This document shows, piece after piece, positions 19,134-26,679 of a stretch of 64,000 nt of DNA (position 1 is the first letter of the stretch; every line of letters starts with the position of its first letter). The notes beneath the pieces are model-generated. The model saw only the letters and a list, made by a program, of their open reading frames with translations, was not told the origin of the DNA and searched no databases. Source of the stretch: Candidatus Saccharimonadota bacterium (lineage in GTDB: Bacteria; Patescibacteriota; Saccharimonadia; CAILAD01; BJGX01); NCBI GenBank assembly GCA_046350735.1, contig JAXLZU010000001.1:76530-140529 (forward strand). Direction: 5' to 3'. The position numbers were made by a program, and so were the translations under genes.

Positions 19134-19181
19134 GTTCTAACTTCCATCACCACTCGGAGCCAAAGTTAGAACCAAACACAA
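19134..19181 (+). repeat. att-like repeat R1 (GTTCTAACTT-N19-AAGTTAGAAC; spacer ends in the tRNA-Asn 3' end CGGAGCCA)
   Basis: 26/28 identical to R2; perfect 10-bp inverted arms. Confidence 0.85.
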
Positions 19182-19258
19182 CAGAGGTAAATGCCTCTGT
19201 TTTTGTTTTAGGGTGGCTATAGCGAATAATGTTAGAACTAATTTGATATGATGGATTT

Positions 19259-19666
19259 ATGAAAATATTCGTATCAGGGCAAATAGACGAAAAAGAAGAA
19301 ATTAATGTAATATACCAAAAGCTTCAGCAAGCTGGTCATGAAGTTACGCACGATTGGACTAAGACTGATGGTATTGGCGACAAACTAAAAAACCAAAAAG
19401 AATCTGGCTTACGTGCAGCAAAAGATATTACAGGAGTTGTAGAGGCTGACATATATATTCTAGTAAGCAATAACAAAAAACCAGGCAAAGGAATGTATGT
19501 AGAGCTAGGAGCAGCATTAGCGCTGAATGAAGCACTTGGCAAACCTCAGATTTTTACAATCGGTAATAGAAACCATCTTTCTATTTTCTATTTGCATCCA
19601 GCGGTAACGCACTTAAAGACAATTGAAGATGTACTACAACAACTAGATGGAACAAAACAGGTATAA
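19259..19666 (+). CDS. Nucleoside 2-deoxyribosyltransferase-like (NDT/Rcl fold) protein
   Basis: MKIFVSG, HDWT, DITGVVEADI, GKGMYVELGAAL. Confidence 0.7.
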   Translation: MKIFVSGQIDEKEEINVIYQKLQQAGHEVTHDWTKTDGIGDKLKNQKESGLRAAKDITGVVEADIYILVSNNKKPGKGMYVELGAALALNEALGKPQIFTIGNRNHLSIFYLHPAVTHLKTIEDVLQQLDGTKQV

Positions 19667-19669
19667 AAA

Positions 19670-20055
19670 GTGAAAGTAGTCATCTGTAGCTCAACTAGGC
19701 ATCACGATACAGCCGAGTATTACGCAAAGGAAATAAAAGAAGCTGGTATAGAGGTATTTTGTCCACCAATAGTATCGAGTACAGAAAAATGGAGACGACT
19801 GAGTGATAAACAAAAGAAAAAAGAGTTAAAAAACTCATTGAAGAACACTTCAACGAGATTAGCTCATCGGATGCAATTTTAATTATCAACAAAAATAACT
19901 ATATCGGAACAAGTGTAAATATAGAGATTGGCTATGCTGCTGCAAAGTCAAAACGCATCTTTGCCATAGAACCTGACGCTGACTTATCACGCTCAACCTT
20001 AATTGAAGTAGTTATTAACGGCCCACAACAAATCAAAGAACTATTGGCTGATTGA
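19670..20055 (+). pseudogene. Second NDT-like gene, split by a -1 frameshift near 19828-19834
   Basis: Frame 2 MKVVICSS...DKQKKKEL continues in frame 1 as KLIEEHFNEISSSDAILIINKNNYIGTSVNIEIGYAAAKSK...LLAD* (stop ends 20055). Confidence 0.7.
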
Positions 20056-20067
20056 ACTTAATAGTGT

Positions 20068-20095
20068 TTCTAACTTCCATTACCACCCGGAGCCA
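20068..20095 (+). repeat. att-like repeat R2, ending in 10 bp identical to the tRNA-Asn 3' end (CCCGGAGCCA)
   Basis: TTCTAACTTCCATTACCACCCGGAGCCA. Confidence 0.85.
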
Positions 20096-20132
20096 AGTAA
20101 AAACACCAGAAGATTCTGGTGTTTTTACTTGG
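20093..20132. terminator. Perfect 18-bp hairpin, bidirectional terminator-like
   Basis: CCAAGTAAAAACACCAGA-AGAT-TCTGGTGTTTTTACTTGG. Confidence 0.75.
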
Positions 20133-20323
20133 TTTCGAGAATTGAATTGAGAACCAGGTAACCGCAAAGCGGTTGGTTCGTAAGGAGCGAAAGGATGGCA
20201 GAAGCCGTAGGCTTTGAGAACCGAAGTGACGGAATAGCTAGCGAAGCGCAGCGTCATCAATACCTAGAGTAGTAGTAACCGCCCAAAAAAACTATATAAG
20301 TCATATTTGCTATAATTAAACAA

Positions 20324-20737
20324 ATGCAAAATAATCAAAGATCAACCAATAGTGGATCTAACGGCACCGAAGTAGAATATTCTGCAGATGTCGATATAAT
20401 AGGAACAAACAAAATTTCACCTAACACCAAGAGTACTAATGTTCCACTGATACTTACTATTCTTAGTATTGTAGCAGTACCTCTTAACTATATAATTCTT
20501 GCTGTAACAGGAAAGCTAATTAGCGGAAATATAGTATTAGGTTTTATTGCATTAATACCATTCCTTAGTCCATTACCGCTTGCTATCACGGCACTTGTAG
20601 TTAATAGAAACAATACTAAATTTCACAAACTTACAGTTATTTTAGCTATTATAGAAATTATCTTGTATTCGCTATTACTTGGCATGCTTATTGCGTTTAT
20701 GTTATTAATTCGTACTTGGGTCGGAACTGGTGGTTGA
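20324..20737 (+). CDS. Hypothetical membrane protein (3 TM)
   Basis: Hydrophobic ORF with TGCTATAAT 7 nt before the ATG. Confidence 0.7.
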   Translation: MQNNQRSTNSGSNGTEVEYSADVDIIGTNKISPNTKSTNVPLILTILSIVAVPLNYIILAVTGKLISGNIVLGFIALIPFLSPLPLAITALVVNRNNTKFHKLTVILAIIEIILYSLLLGMLIAFMLLIRTWVGTGG

Positions 20738-20745
20738 TTCCATAG

Positions 20746-20773
20746 GACTAACTTCCGCTACCAATCGAAGCTA
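20746..20773 (+). repeat. Degenerate att-like repeat R3
   Basis: GACTAACTTCCGCTACCAATCGAAGCTA, 20/28 ungapped to R1, just after a stop codon. Confidence 0.65.
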
Positions 20774-20839
20774 GACCAACTATCTTACAGAGTATCCAGT
20801 AAGCATTCATACTACTAGATTTTGTTATAATCAACTTGA

Positions 20840-21247
20840 ATGAACATAAAAAACGTATCAATAAATACTCTTAAGTGGCTGATCGCTATCTTTTATATAT
20901 CGGCTTTGTCTGTACAGTTTCTAGTGTTGCTAAAAGTGATCCCTTACTACTGGGTAAATGGTGGTAAGTCAGCTTCCTATGAATCTCAACTAGTGCAGTC
21001 GCTAATTAGCATTGTCATTATTTTTATACTATATATATTTGTATGGAAGTTATTGTATCAAAAAGGACTTATCAAAAAGTGGAAGTTACGAGCGCTATAT
21101 GTAATTACATTCTTCTGGCTTTTGGGCTTCTTAATGCAACTTGCTGGCACAGAATTTGAACGGTATTTTTTGTCATTATTCTTGTTGTTGGGTGTTGTAT
21201 CTCACGGGATGCTCGTCCTGCGAGCTCGCTCCATTGTTAGTTTGTGA
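20840..21247 (+). CDS. Hypothetical membrane protein (4 TM)
   Basis: Hydrophobic ORF with PY.WVNGG motif; TGTTATAAT 8 nt before the ATG. Confidence 0.7.
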   Translation: MNIKNVSINTLKWLIAIFYISALSVQFLVLLKVIPYYWVNGGKSASYESQLVQSLISIVIIFILYIFVWKLLYQKGLIKKWKLRALYVITFFWLLGFLMQLAGTEFERYFLSLFLLLGVVSHGMLVLRARSIVSL

Positions 21248-21257
21248 CCTGTATGCT

Positions 21258-21295
21258 GAGCCAAGGTACTTAAAAAGACCTATTGGGTCATTTTT
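21258..21295 (+). repeat. R4: degenerate copy of the tRNA-Asn 3' end plus its terminator
   Basis: GAGCCAaggtacttAAAAAGACCtattGGGTCattttt resembles 18321-18364 GAGCCAtagtactt..AAAAGACCcaaccGGGTCtttttt. Confidence 0.5.
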
Positions 21296-21357
21296 CTAAA
21301 ATAGGCATTCAAACTTTAAAAGACTCAAAAAGGTTCTATTCTGTTAAGATATATTTA

Positions 21358-22428
21358 ATGAGTACAAAAGCACACACTACAATCCCAACCAAGAAAGAAG
21401 TAGATGCAGAGCTACCTATAGAACCACAAGCTCAGAAAATTCATTGGTGGGTTTTTGCTTTAGTCGGTCTGTTGGTTTTAGAATTTGTTACAATAATTGT
21501 ACTAGCACTTGTATGGTGGCCATTACATATTTTTTATAAGTCTGTCCCAGTTACTGTTAAAAGTACTCTACGATCAGTAAAAATAGTTGCAGTTGGTGAT
21601 ATTAGTTGTGGTCCAGATGATCCAAAGAGAAATGGTATCGATCCAACCAGGTGCCAAGATAATAAAGTTTTTGATTTAATAAAAACAATTAATCCAGATA
21701 AGATACTATTGCTTGGTGATATTCAGTATTCAACAGGTAGTATCGAAGCATTTAATAACACATTTAATACAAACTGGGGTCAATTAAAATCTAAGTTTTT
21801 ACCTACCCCCGGGAATCATGAGTATGGTACTAAAAACGCCCAAGGATACTTTACGTATATGAATGATGGTAATAATAATGGTATCGCTGGTGATAATAAC
21901 TTAGGGTATTATGCTTCAGAAATTAATAATTGGAGTATTTATTCTCTTGATTCAAACTGTCCAGAAACCAACGATTGTTCTATTGGATCAAAGCAAATAC
22001 AGTGGTTAGAAAGTCAGCTAAGTAATGAGAGTAATACTTGTCAGTTGGCCTTCTGGCATCATCCACAGTTTAGTTCTGGTAAACACAGTGCAGATTCTAG
22101 TCAAATAAATAGATTACCTGATGCGTGGAAGATGCTGCAAGACAAAAAGGCAGAAATTGTATTGAATGGCCACGATCATATCTATGAAAGATTTGACAAG
22201 CAGTTATTGGATGGCCAGAAGAGTGTATATGGTATACAGGAATTTGTGGTTGGGAGTGGAGGATATTCTCATTATGAAAGAATAGCTAATAGACCCAATA
22301 GTGCATTCTTTAATAACACAGACTTTGGAGTTTTGGTGCTTGAATTATATCAGGGATCGTATAATTGGAAGTTTATTAATCTTAGCGGACAAGTATTAGA
22401 TGAAGGGGCCGAAACTTGTAACAAATAG
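21358..22428 (+). CDS. Membrane-anchored calcineurin-like metallophosphoesterase
   Basis: AVGDI, LGDIQY, PGNHEY, WHHP, NGHDHIYER; ATG 21358 preferred over TTG 21283. Confidence 0.85.
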   Translation: MSTKAHTTIPTKKEVDAELPIEPQAQKIHWWVFALVGLLVLEFVTIIVLALVWWPLHIFYKSVPVTVKSTLRSVKIVAVGDISCGPDDPKRNGIDPTRCQDNKVFDLIKTINPDKILLLGDIQYSTGSIEAFNNTFNTNWGQLKSKFLPTPGNHEYGTKNAQGYFTYMNDGNNNGIAGDNNLGYYASEINNWSIYSLDSNCPETNDCSIGSKQIQWLESQLSNESNTCQLAFWHHPQFSSGKHSADSSQINRLPDAWKMLQDKKAEIVLNGHDHIYERFDKQLLDGQKSVYGIQEFVVGSGGYSHYERIANRPNSAFFNNTDFGVLVLELYQGSYNWKFINLSGQVLDEGAETCNK

Positions 22429-22509
22429 CTTTATAGCCATGATTCTGAATAATAACAATATCTAGTTTATAAGATAGTGGATGTTATTATTACAATTATA
22501 TAATAATGG

Positions 22510-22546
22510 TCTTAACTTCTATCGCTATCCAAAACCAAAGTTATAA
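22510..22546 (+). repeat. Degenerate att-like repeat R5
   Basis: TCTTAACTTCTATCGCTATCCAAAACCAAAGTTATAA, 26/37 ungapped to R1, mismatches almost all transitions. Confidence 0.65.
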
Positions 22547-22594
22547 AGATAATTCTTACGTAGCATATAAAAGTCGCTAAGAGTTTTGACACAA

Positions 22595-23335
22595 TTAAAT
22601 GAGAAATAATAAGCCAATAACTGGCAAGGTAAACATTAGAAGTGTGGATACAGTAACTACTTTAGTAGTGACTGAATTTGGGAAGGTAAAGTCTACTCCA
22701 AGAGATAAGATACTAAAGTCGTACAAGAAATGAATAAGTATTGGTAGCCACAGGGTTCCACTAAGAATCAAAATAAAGTAAAAATTTAGCCCCATACATA
22801 CTGTTCCTGCTACTTGTGTGGCGGTTTTACGAATATCTTGGCCATTAAAATAATTTACAAAATGGAGAGCACCAAAAATAAGCGAAGAAAAAACACCAAC
22901 AAGAATTACCGAGTAGCCTGCATTTTGCAAGGCGCTAACAGCAATACCTCTTACCAATAGTTCTTCTGAAAATCCAACAATGAGAGTGGCCATAGACAAA
23001 AATAGTAGTCGTTTTTTGTTATGCAAGGTGTCTCTCAATAAACTAAAACGAGCAAAAATTGAGATAATTGTAACAATTGGGATAACCAACAGTATTTGCT
23101 GGCTAATTTGAGGAGAGTACTTAAAAACTTTAGGTACCCAGTGCAAGCTAATGGCAAATGTTGTAAGTAAAAGAGTCGTAATACCTATTGGATAGATTAT
23201 TCCTCTTTTTATGTTTTTGACATTCTTGCCGATTTCAGTGTATTTTACACCAAATATTTTTGTAAAAATAAAAATTAACAATACATAGAAAAAACAGATG
23301 GAAATAGCTGTAAACATTACATCTATTGTACACAA
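22595..23335 (-). CDS. CPBP (CAAX protease/Abi) family intramembrane metalloprotease
   Basis: GFSEELLVRG, FGALH, IHFLYD; start uncertain. Confidence 0.85.
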   Translation of the reverse strand: MCTIDVMFTAISICFFYVLLIFIFTKIFGVKYTEIGKNVKNIKRGIIYPIGITTLLLTTFAISLHWVPKVFKYSPQISQQILLVIPIVTIISIFARFSLLRDTLHNKKRLLFLSMATLIVGFSEELLVRGIAVSALQNAGYSVILVGVFSSLIFGALHFVNYFNGQDIRKTATQVAGTVCMGLNFYFILILSGTLWLPILIHFLYDFSILSLGVDFTFPNSVTTKVVTVSTLLMFTLPVIGLLFLI

Positions 23336-23338
23336 TAC

Positions 23339-23386
23339 GTTCTAACTTTTATTACTATATTCAGTTAAAGTTAGAACCAAATACAA
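23339..23386 (+). repeat. att-like repeat R6 (inverted arms conserved, core decayed)
   Basis: GTTCTAACTT-N19-AAGTTAGAACCAAATACAA, 35/47 ungapped to R1. Confidence 0.75.
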
Positions 23387-23417
23387 GTATATAGAATTAA
23401 TTTGATATGATTATTTT

Positions 23418-23843
23418 ATGAAAATTAAGAGTAAAAGTAATAAGAAGCAAGAATTATTCTTAAGTATGGCACTTGGGGTATTGCTCTACTCAGTGGTGCT
23501 TGGATTTTTTAACGACTATACAACTATTCTGCACACTACCTCTTACTCCGTTACATTTCTGTTGGCAATTGTAATGCAAATACTTACATATCTTACTTTT
23601 GCAGTAAAAGATATAGCCAAAACATGGTTTAAATCAAAGGACTCCAAAGTATATAAGTTTGCTTTGGTTTTTACCATATGGCTAATACTGTTTTTATCTA
23701 AGTTTGTGTTTCTCTGGGTAATAAGCTTGGTATTTAGAGAACAAGTGCATATTAGTGGCTTTGTTGGACTACTTTTTATTGTGGCAATTCTGACAATTCT
23801 TCAGCAGCTATTTGAGCTGGCTTATTATAAATTGGCCGATTAA
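23418..23843 (+). CDS. Hypothetical membrane protein (4 TM)
   Basis: Hydrophobic ORF; TGATATGAT 6 nt before the ATG. Confidence 0.7.
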   Translation: MKIKSKSNKKQELFLSMALGVLLYSVVLGFFNDYTTILHTTSYSVTFLLAIVMQILTYLTFAVKDIAKTWFKSKDSKVYKFALVFTIWLILFLSKFVFLWVISLVFREQVHISGFVGLLFIVAILTILQQLFELAYYKLAD

Positions 23844-23945
23844 TTCTAGCACTCTTTCTAGCTTATACTGCAATTAAATGAATTGCAGAGTGTTTTTTAA
23901 CAGGCAATACGGTTAATTTGTTATAATAAAAATAAGATATACAAT

Positions 23946-24404
23946 ATGCAAAATATTACACCCAACTTATGGTTTGATGGTAACGCAAAAGAAGCAGTAG
24001 ATTTCTATACCTCAATCTTTACAGATAGCAAGATATTTTCTACAGAGTACTATCCTAATAGCCAAAAAGAAGGCTTGGCTGATTTTCAGAAAGAGTTGGC
24101 TGGTAAAGTACTTACTATAGAGTTTGAGCTAAATGGTTTACGTTTTGTTGCAATTAATGCTGGGCCAGAGTTTAAGTTTAATGAAGCGGTATCATTTTCT
24201 ATTACCTGCCAAAATCAGAAAGAAATAGATTATTATTGGGAGAAGCTCTCGAGCGTACCAGAATCTGAGCAATGTGGTTGGTGTAAAGATAAGTATGGAC
24301 TTAGTTGGCAGGTTGTACCAAAAAATATGCAACAGCTAATGCAGAAGCCAGATGCCTTTAAGACATTAATGCAACAAAAGAAGATTGTAATAAGCGAATA
24401 TTAA
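23946..24404 (+). CDS. VOC/PhnB (3-demethylubiquinone-9 methyltransferase-like) family protein
   Basis: ITPNLWFDGNAKEA, FNEAVSF, QCGWCKDKYGLSWQVVP. Confidence 0.9.
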   Translation: MQNITPNLWFDGNAKEAVDFYTSIFTDSKIFSTEYYPNSQKEGLADFQKELAGKVLTIEFELNGLRFVAINAGPEFKFNEAVSFSITCQNQKEIDYYWEKLSSVPESEQCGWCKDKYGLSWQVVPKNMQQLMQKPDAFKTLMQQKKIVISEY

Positions 24405-24430
24405 CTGAATAATTTTGTTATTATAAAACT

Positions 24431-24712
24431 ATGAGTGTAGCTACAAAAAAACAAATCTCTGGCGGGGTAGTGCATACATTACCAACTGATCTAAAAAATG
24501 AATTACTCTCGTCCCCAGATGCACTAAAAGAATGGGAAGATATTACACCTTTAGCGCGCAATGAATGGATATGCTGGACAATTTCTGTAAAAAAGCCAGA
24601 GACCAGAAAACAACATGTTAATAGGGTGGTAGAGGAGTTAGTAACTGGTAAGCGTCGACCTTGTTGTTGGGCAGGCTGTCCTCACCGAAAACGTAATAGT
24701 CAACTTGGTTAA
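24431..24712 (+). CDS. YdeI/OmpD-associated family protein
   Basis: LPTDL..L, TPLARNEWICW..S.KK.ETR, RPCCWAGC. Confidence 0.8.
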   Translation: MSVATKKQISGGVVHTLPTDLKNELLSSPDALKEWEDITPLARNEWICWTISVKKPETRKQHVNRVVEELVTGKRRPCCWAGCPHRKRNSQLG

Positions 24713-24778
24713 TAATTTTCTTATCTTAGATTAACAACTTTTCCTCAATTTGTATGAGTATTACGATATAGTAGGTAC

Positions 24779-25126
24779 ATGGATAAAGTAAGTCAACTTA
24801 TTAACAAGCAAAGTGCAGAACGTCAAGACGAATTAAATCGAGTACGCACGATTGTTCAAAATAACTTTCCTCAAGCCACTGAAAAAATTAGTTACGGAAT
24901 GCCAGCTTTTTATTACAACGGTAAATTGTTATTATGTTACGCTGCACAAAAAAGTCATTATGGTCTTTACCCAACATCCCTACCAATAAAAGAGCTAGAA
25001 AAAGAGCTGAAACCGTACGATGTTTCTAAGGGGGCAATTCGTTACACAAAAGAAAATCGTATTACTGAAAACCTATTAATAAAACTAACTAAAATTAGAG
25101 TTAAACAGATAGTTGCAAATATCTGA
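24779..25126 (+). CDS. DUF1801 (YdhG-like) protein
   Basis: EKISYGMPAF, HYGLYP, SKGAIRY. Confidence 0.8.
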   Translation: MDKVSQLINKQSAERQDELNRVRTIVQNNFPQATEKISYGMPAFYYNGKLLLCYAAQKSHYGLYPTSLPIKELEKELKPYDVSKGAIRYTKENRITENLLIKLTKIRVKQIVANI

Positions 25127-25159
25127 GTATAAAATAAAAGCTTTAACGGAGAAAAATAT

Positions 25160-25318
25160 ATGGCTATAACACCAAACTGTGATGTGTGCGGCAAAGAGCT
25201 TGATGAATATGGTGCCATATTATTTGGGCCACCAAGCAATAATAAGAGCGAGAAGTTTCATATTTGCAAGAATTGCTATACTCATCTTATAAACCTTTTG
25301 AGAATTAAGCATAAGTAG
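25160..25318 (+). CDS. 52-aa zinc-ribbon microprotein
   Basis: Hand-read MAITPNCDVCGKELDEYGAILFGPP...HICKNCY...*; two CxxC motifs, GGAG SD; below the ORF-track cutoff. Confidence 0.7.
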   Translation: MAITPNCDVCGKELDEYGAILFGPPSNNKSEKFHICKNCYTHLINLLRIKHK

Positions 25319-25333
25319 TCTATAGTAATACAT

Positions 25334-25762
25334 ATGGAAACATTACCAAGTTTTATCAAGGAACAATCGCTTGGCGTTTTGTGTACAAGTGATGAAAATT
25401 GTAATCCGTCTGGCGCAACAGTCTTTTTTGTAGAAAAAGATCAAAAACTCTATATCATGACCCACGAAAAAAGTTTAAAAGTACAGCATATTAAGAATAA
25501 TCCTAATGTTTGTTTTGTGATTGCTGATCCTATCCATTATCATCAGGCACAGCTTTACGCGACAGCAAAAATAGCAGAGAACCCGGGGGATTACTTACCT
25601 CTAGTAGAAGAGGTAATAAAAAAATATTCTGAAAGAACAGAAGATTTTATACCTTATGTACATATAAAGAACGAAGGAGATGCTCCGGTAATATTAGAGT
25701 TAACCTTAAAGCAAAATCGGTCTTATCAGCCAGATGAAGGTTTGGTGGATAAAAAACTTTAA
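25334..25762 (+). CDS. Pyridoxamine 5'-phosphate oxidase-like FMN-binding protein
   Basis: GVLCT...P....F, S.KVQHIKNNPNVCF. Confidence 0.75.
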   Translation: METLPSFIKEQSLGVLCTSDENCNPSGATVFFVEKDQKLYIMTHEKSLKVQHIKNNPNVCFVIADPIHYHQAQLYATAKIAENPGDYLPLVEEVIKKYSERTEDFIPYVHIKNEGDAPVILELTLKQNRSYQPDEGLVDKKL

Positions 25763-25789
25763 TAACAAAAGAAGCTGATACGAGCAAAC

Positions 25790-26677
25790 ATGAACATTCT
25801 CGAAACGAATAAGCTGACTAAATTTTATGGCCACGAACGTGGTATAGAAAATTTAGATATGCAGATAGAGGAGGGTGAAATCTTTGGGTTTATTGGCCCG
25901 AATGGTGCGGGTAAATCTACTACTATTCGTACGTTGTTAAATATTATTTTTCCGACCAGTGGTAGCGCAACAATTTTTGGTAAAGACATTATTAAAGAAG
26001 GACCAACTATTCGCCAGCAAATTGGCTATCTACCATCCGAAGTCTTTTATTATGAGAATATGAAGGCAATAGAGCTGTTGCGTTATTCGGCAAGTTTTTA
26101 TGATTTGCCAAAATCAAAGACCGAAGCGCGTATAAAAGATTTGGCAAAACTACTCGATTTAAACCTAAATAAGAAGATTGACGATCTGAGCTTTGGTAAT
26201 AAAAAGAAAGTCGGCATTATTCAGGGCTTACTTCACGAGCCAAAGCTAATTATTCTCGATGAGCCGACTGGAGGGCTAGACCCACTTATACAGCAAAAAT
26301 TTTTTAAACTTATCCGCGAAGAGAACAAGCGGGGCGCTACAGTGCTTTTTAGCTCGCACATTCTTGGTGAAGTGCAACGACTATGTAGTAGAGTTGCTAT
26401 TATCAAAGAGGGTAAGATTATCCGGGTAGAGAAGCTGAGTGAGTTACTTAGCAGTACTACCAAACGATTTCACTTACAAGCCTTATCACCAATTCCAAAG
26501 TCTGTCATTAGCTCGATTAAAGGGGTAAGCGAGATTGTAACCGATGGCAATGAAATGAATTTTTTGTTTCGAGGCCATTTGCGTGATATTACTCAGGTTA
26601 TTGCCAAATTAGACTTAGTTAATCTAGAAGTTACAGAGCCTGATTTAGAAGAAATATTTTTACATTACTATAAGTAG
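25790..26677 (+). CDS. ABC-2 type transporter ATP-binding protein
   Basis: GPNGAGKST, LSFGNKKK, ILDEPTGGLDP, SSH. Confidence 0.92.
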   Translation: MNILETNKLTKFYGHERGIENLDMQIEEGEIFGFIGPNGAGKSTTIRTLLNIIFPTSGSATIFGKDIIKEGPTIRQQIGYLPSEVFYYENMKAIELLRYSASFYDLPKSKTEARIKDLAKLLDLNLNKKIDDLSFGNKKKVGIIQGLLHEPKLIILDEPTGGLDPLIQQKFFKLIREENKRGATVLFSSHILGEVQRLCSRVAIIKEGKIIRVEKLSELLSSTTKRFHLQALSPIPKSVISSIKGVSEIVTDGNEMNFLFRGHLRDITQVIAKLDLVNLEVTEPDLEEIFLHYYK

Positions 26678-26679
26678 CT

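Noticed and set aside
20033-20260. 75-aa minus-strand ORF as a real gene
   Set aside because: It runs through hairpins and a terminator; only its WLRVVMEVR segment is informative.
19134-23386. Repeats as a CRISPR array
   Set aside because: Spacing is 0.5-1.3 kb with whole genes in between, copies are degenerate, and there are no cas genes.
17720-23420. Canonical integron or CALIN
   Set aside because: No intI in the window; the core repeat is about 39 bp, does not fit RYYYAAC/GTTRRRY exactly, and carries tRNA 3' sequence. Kept only as an analogy.
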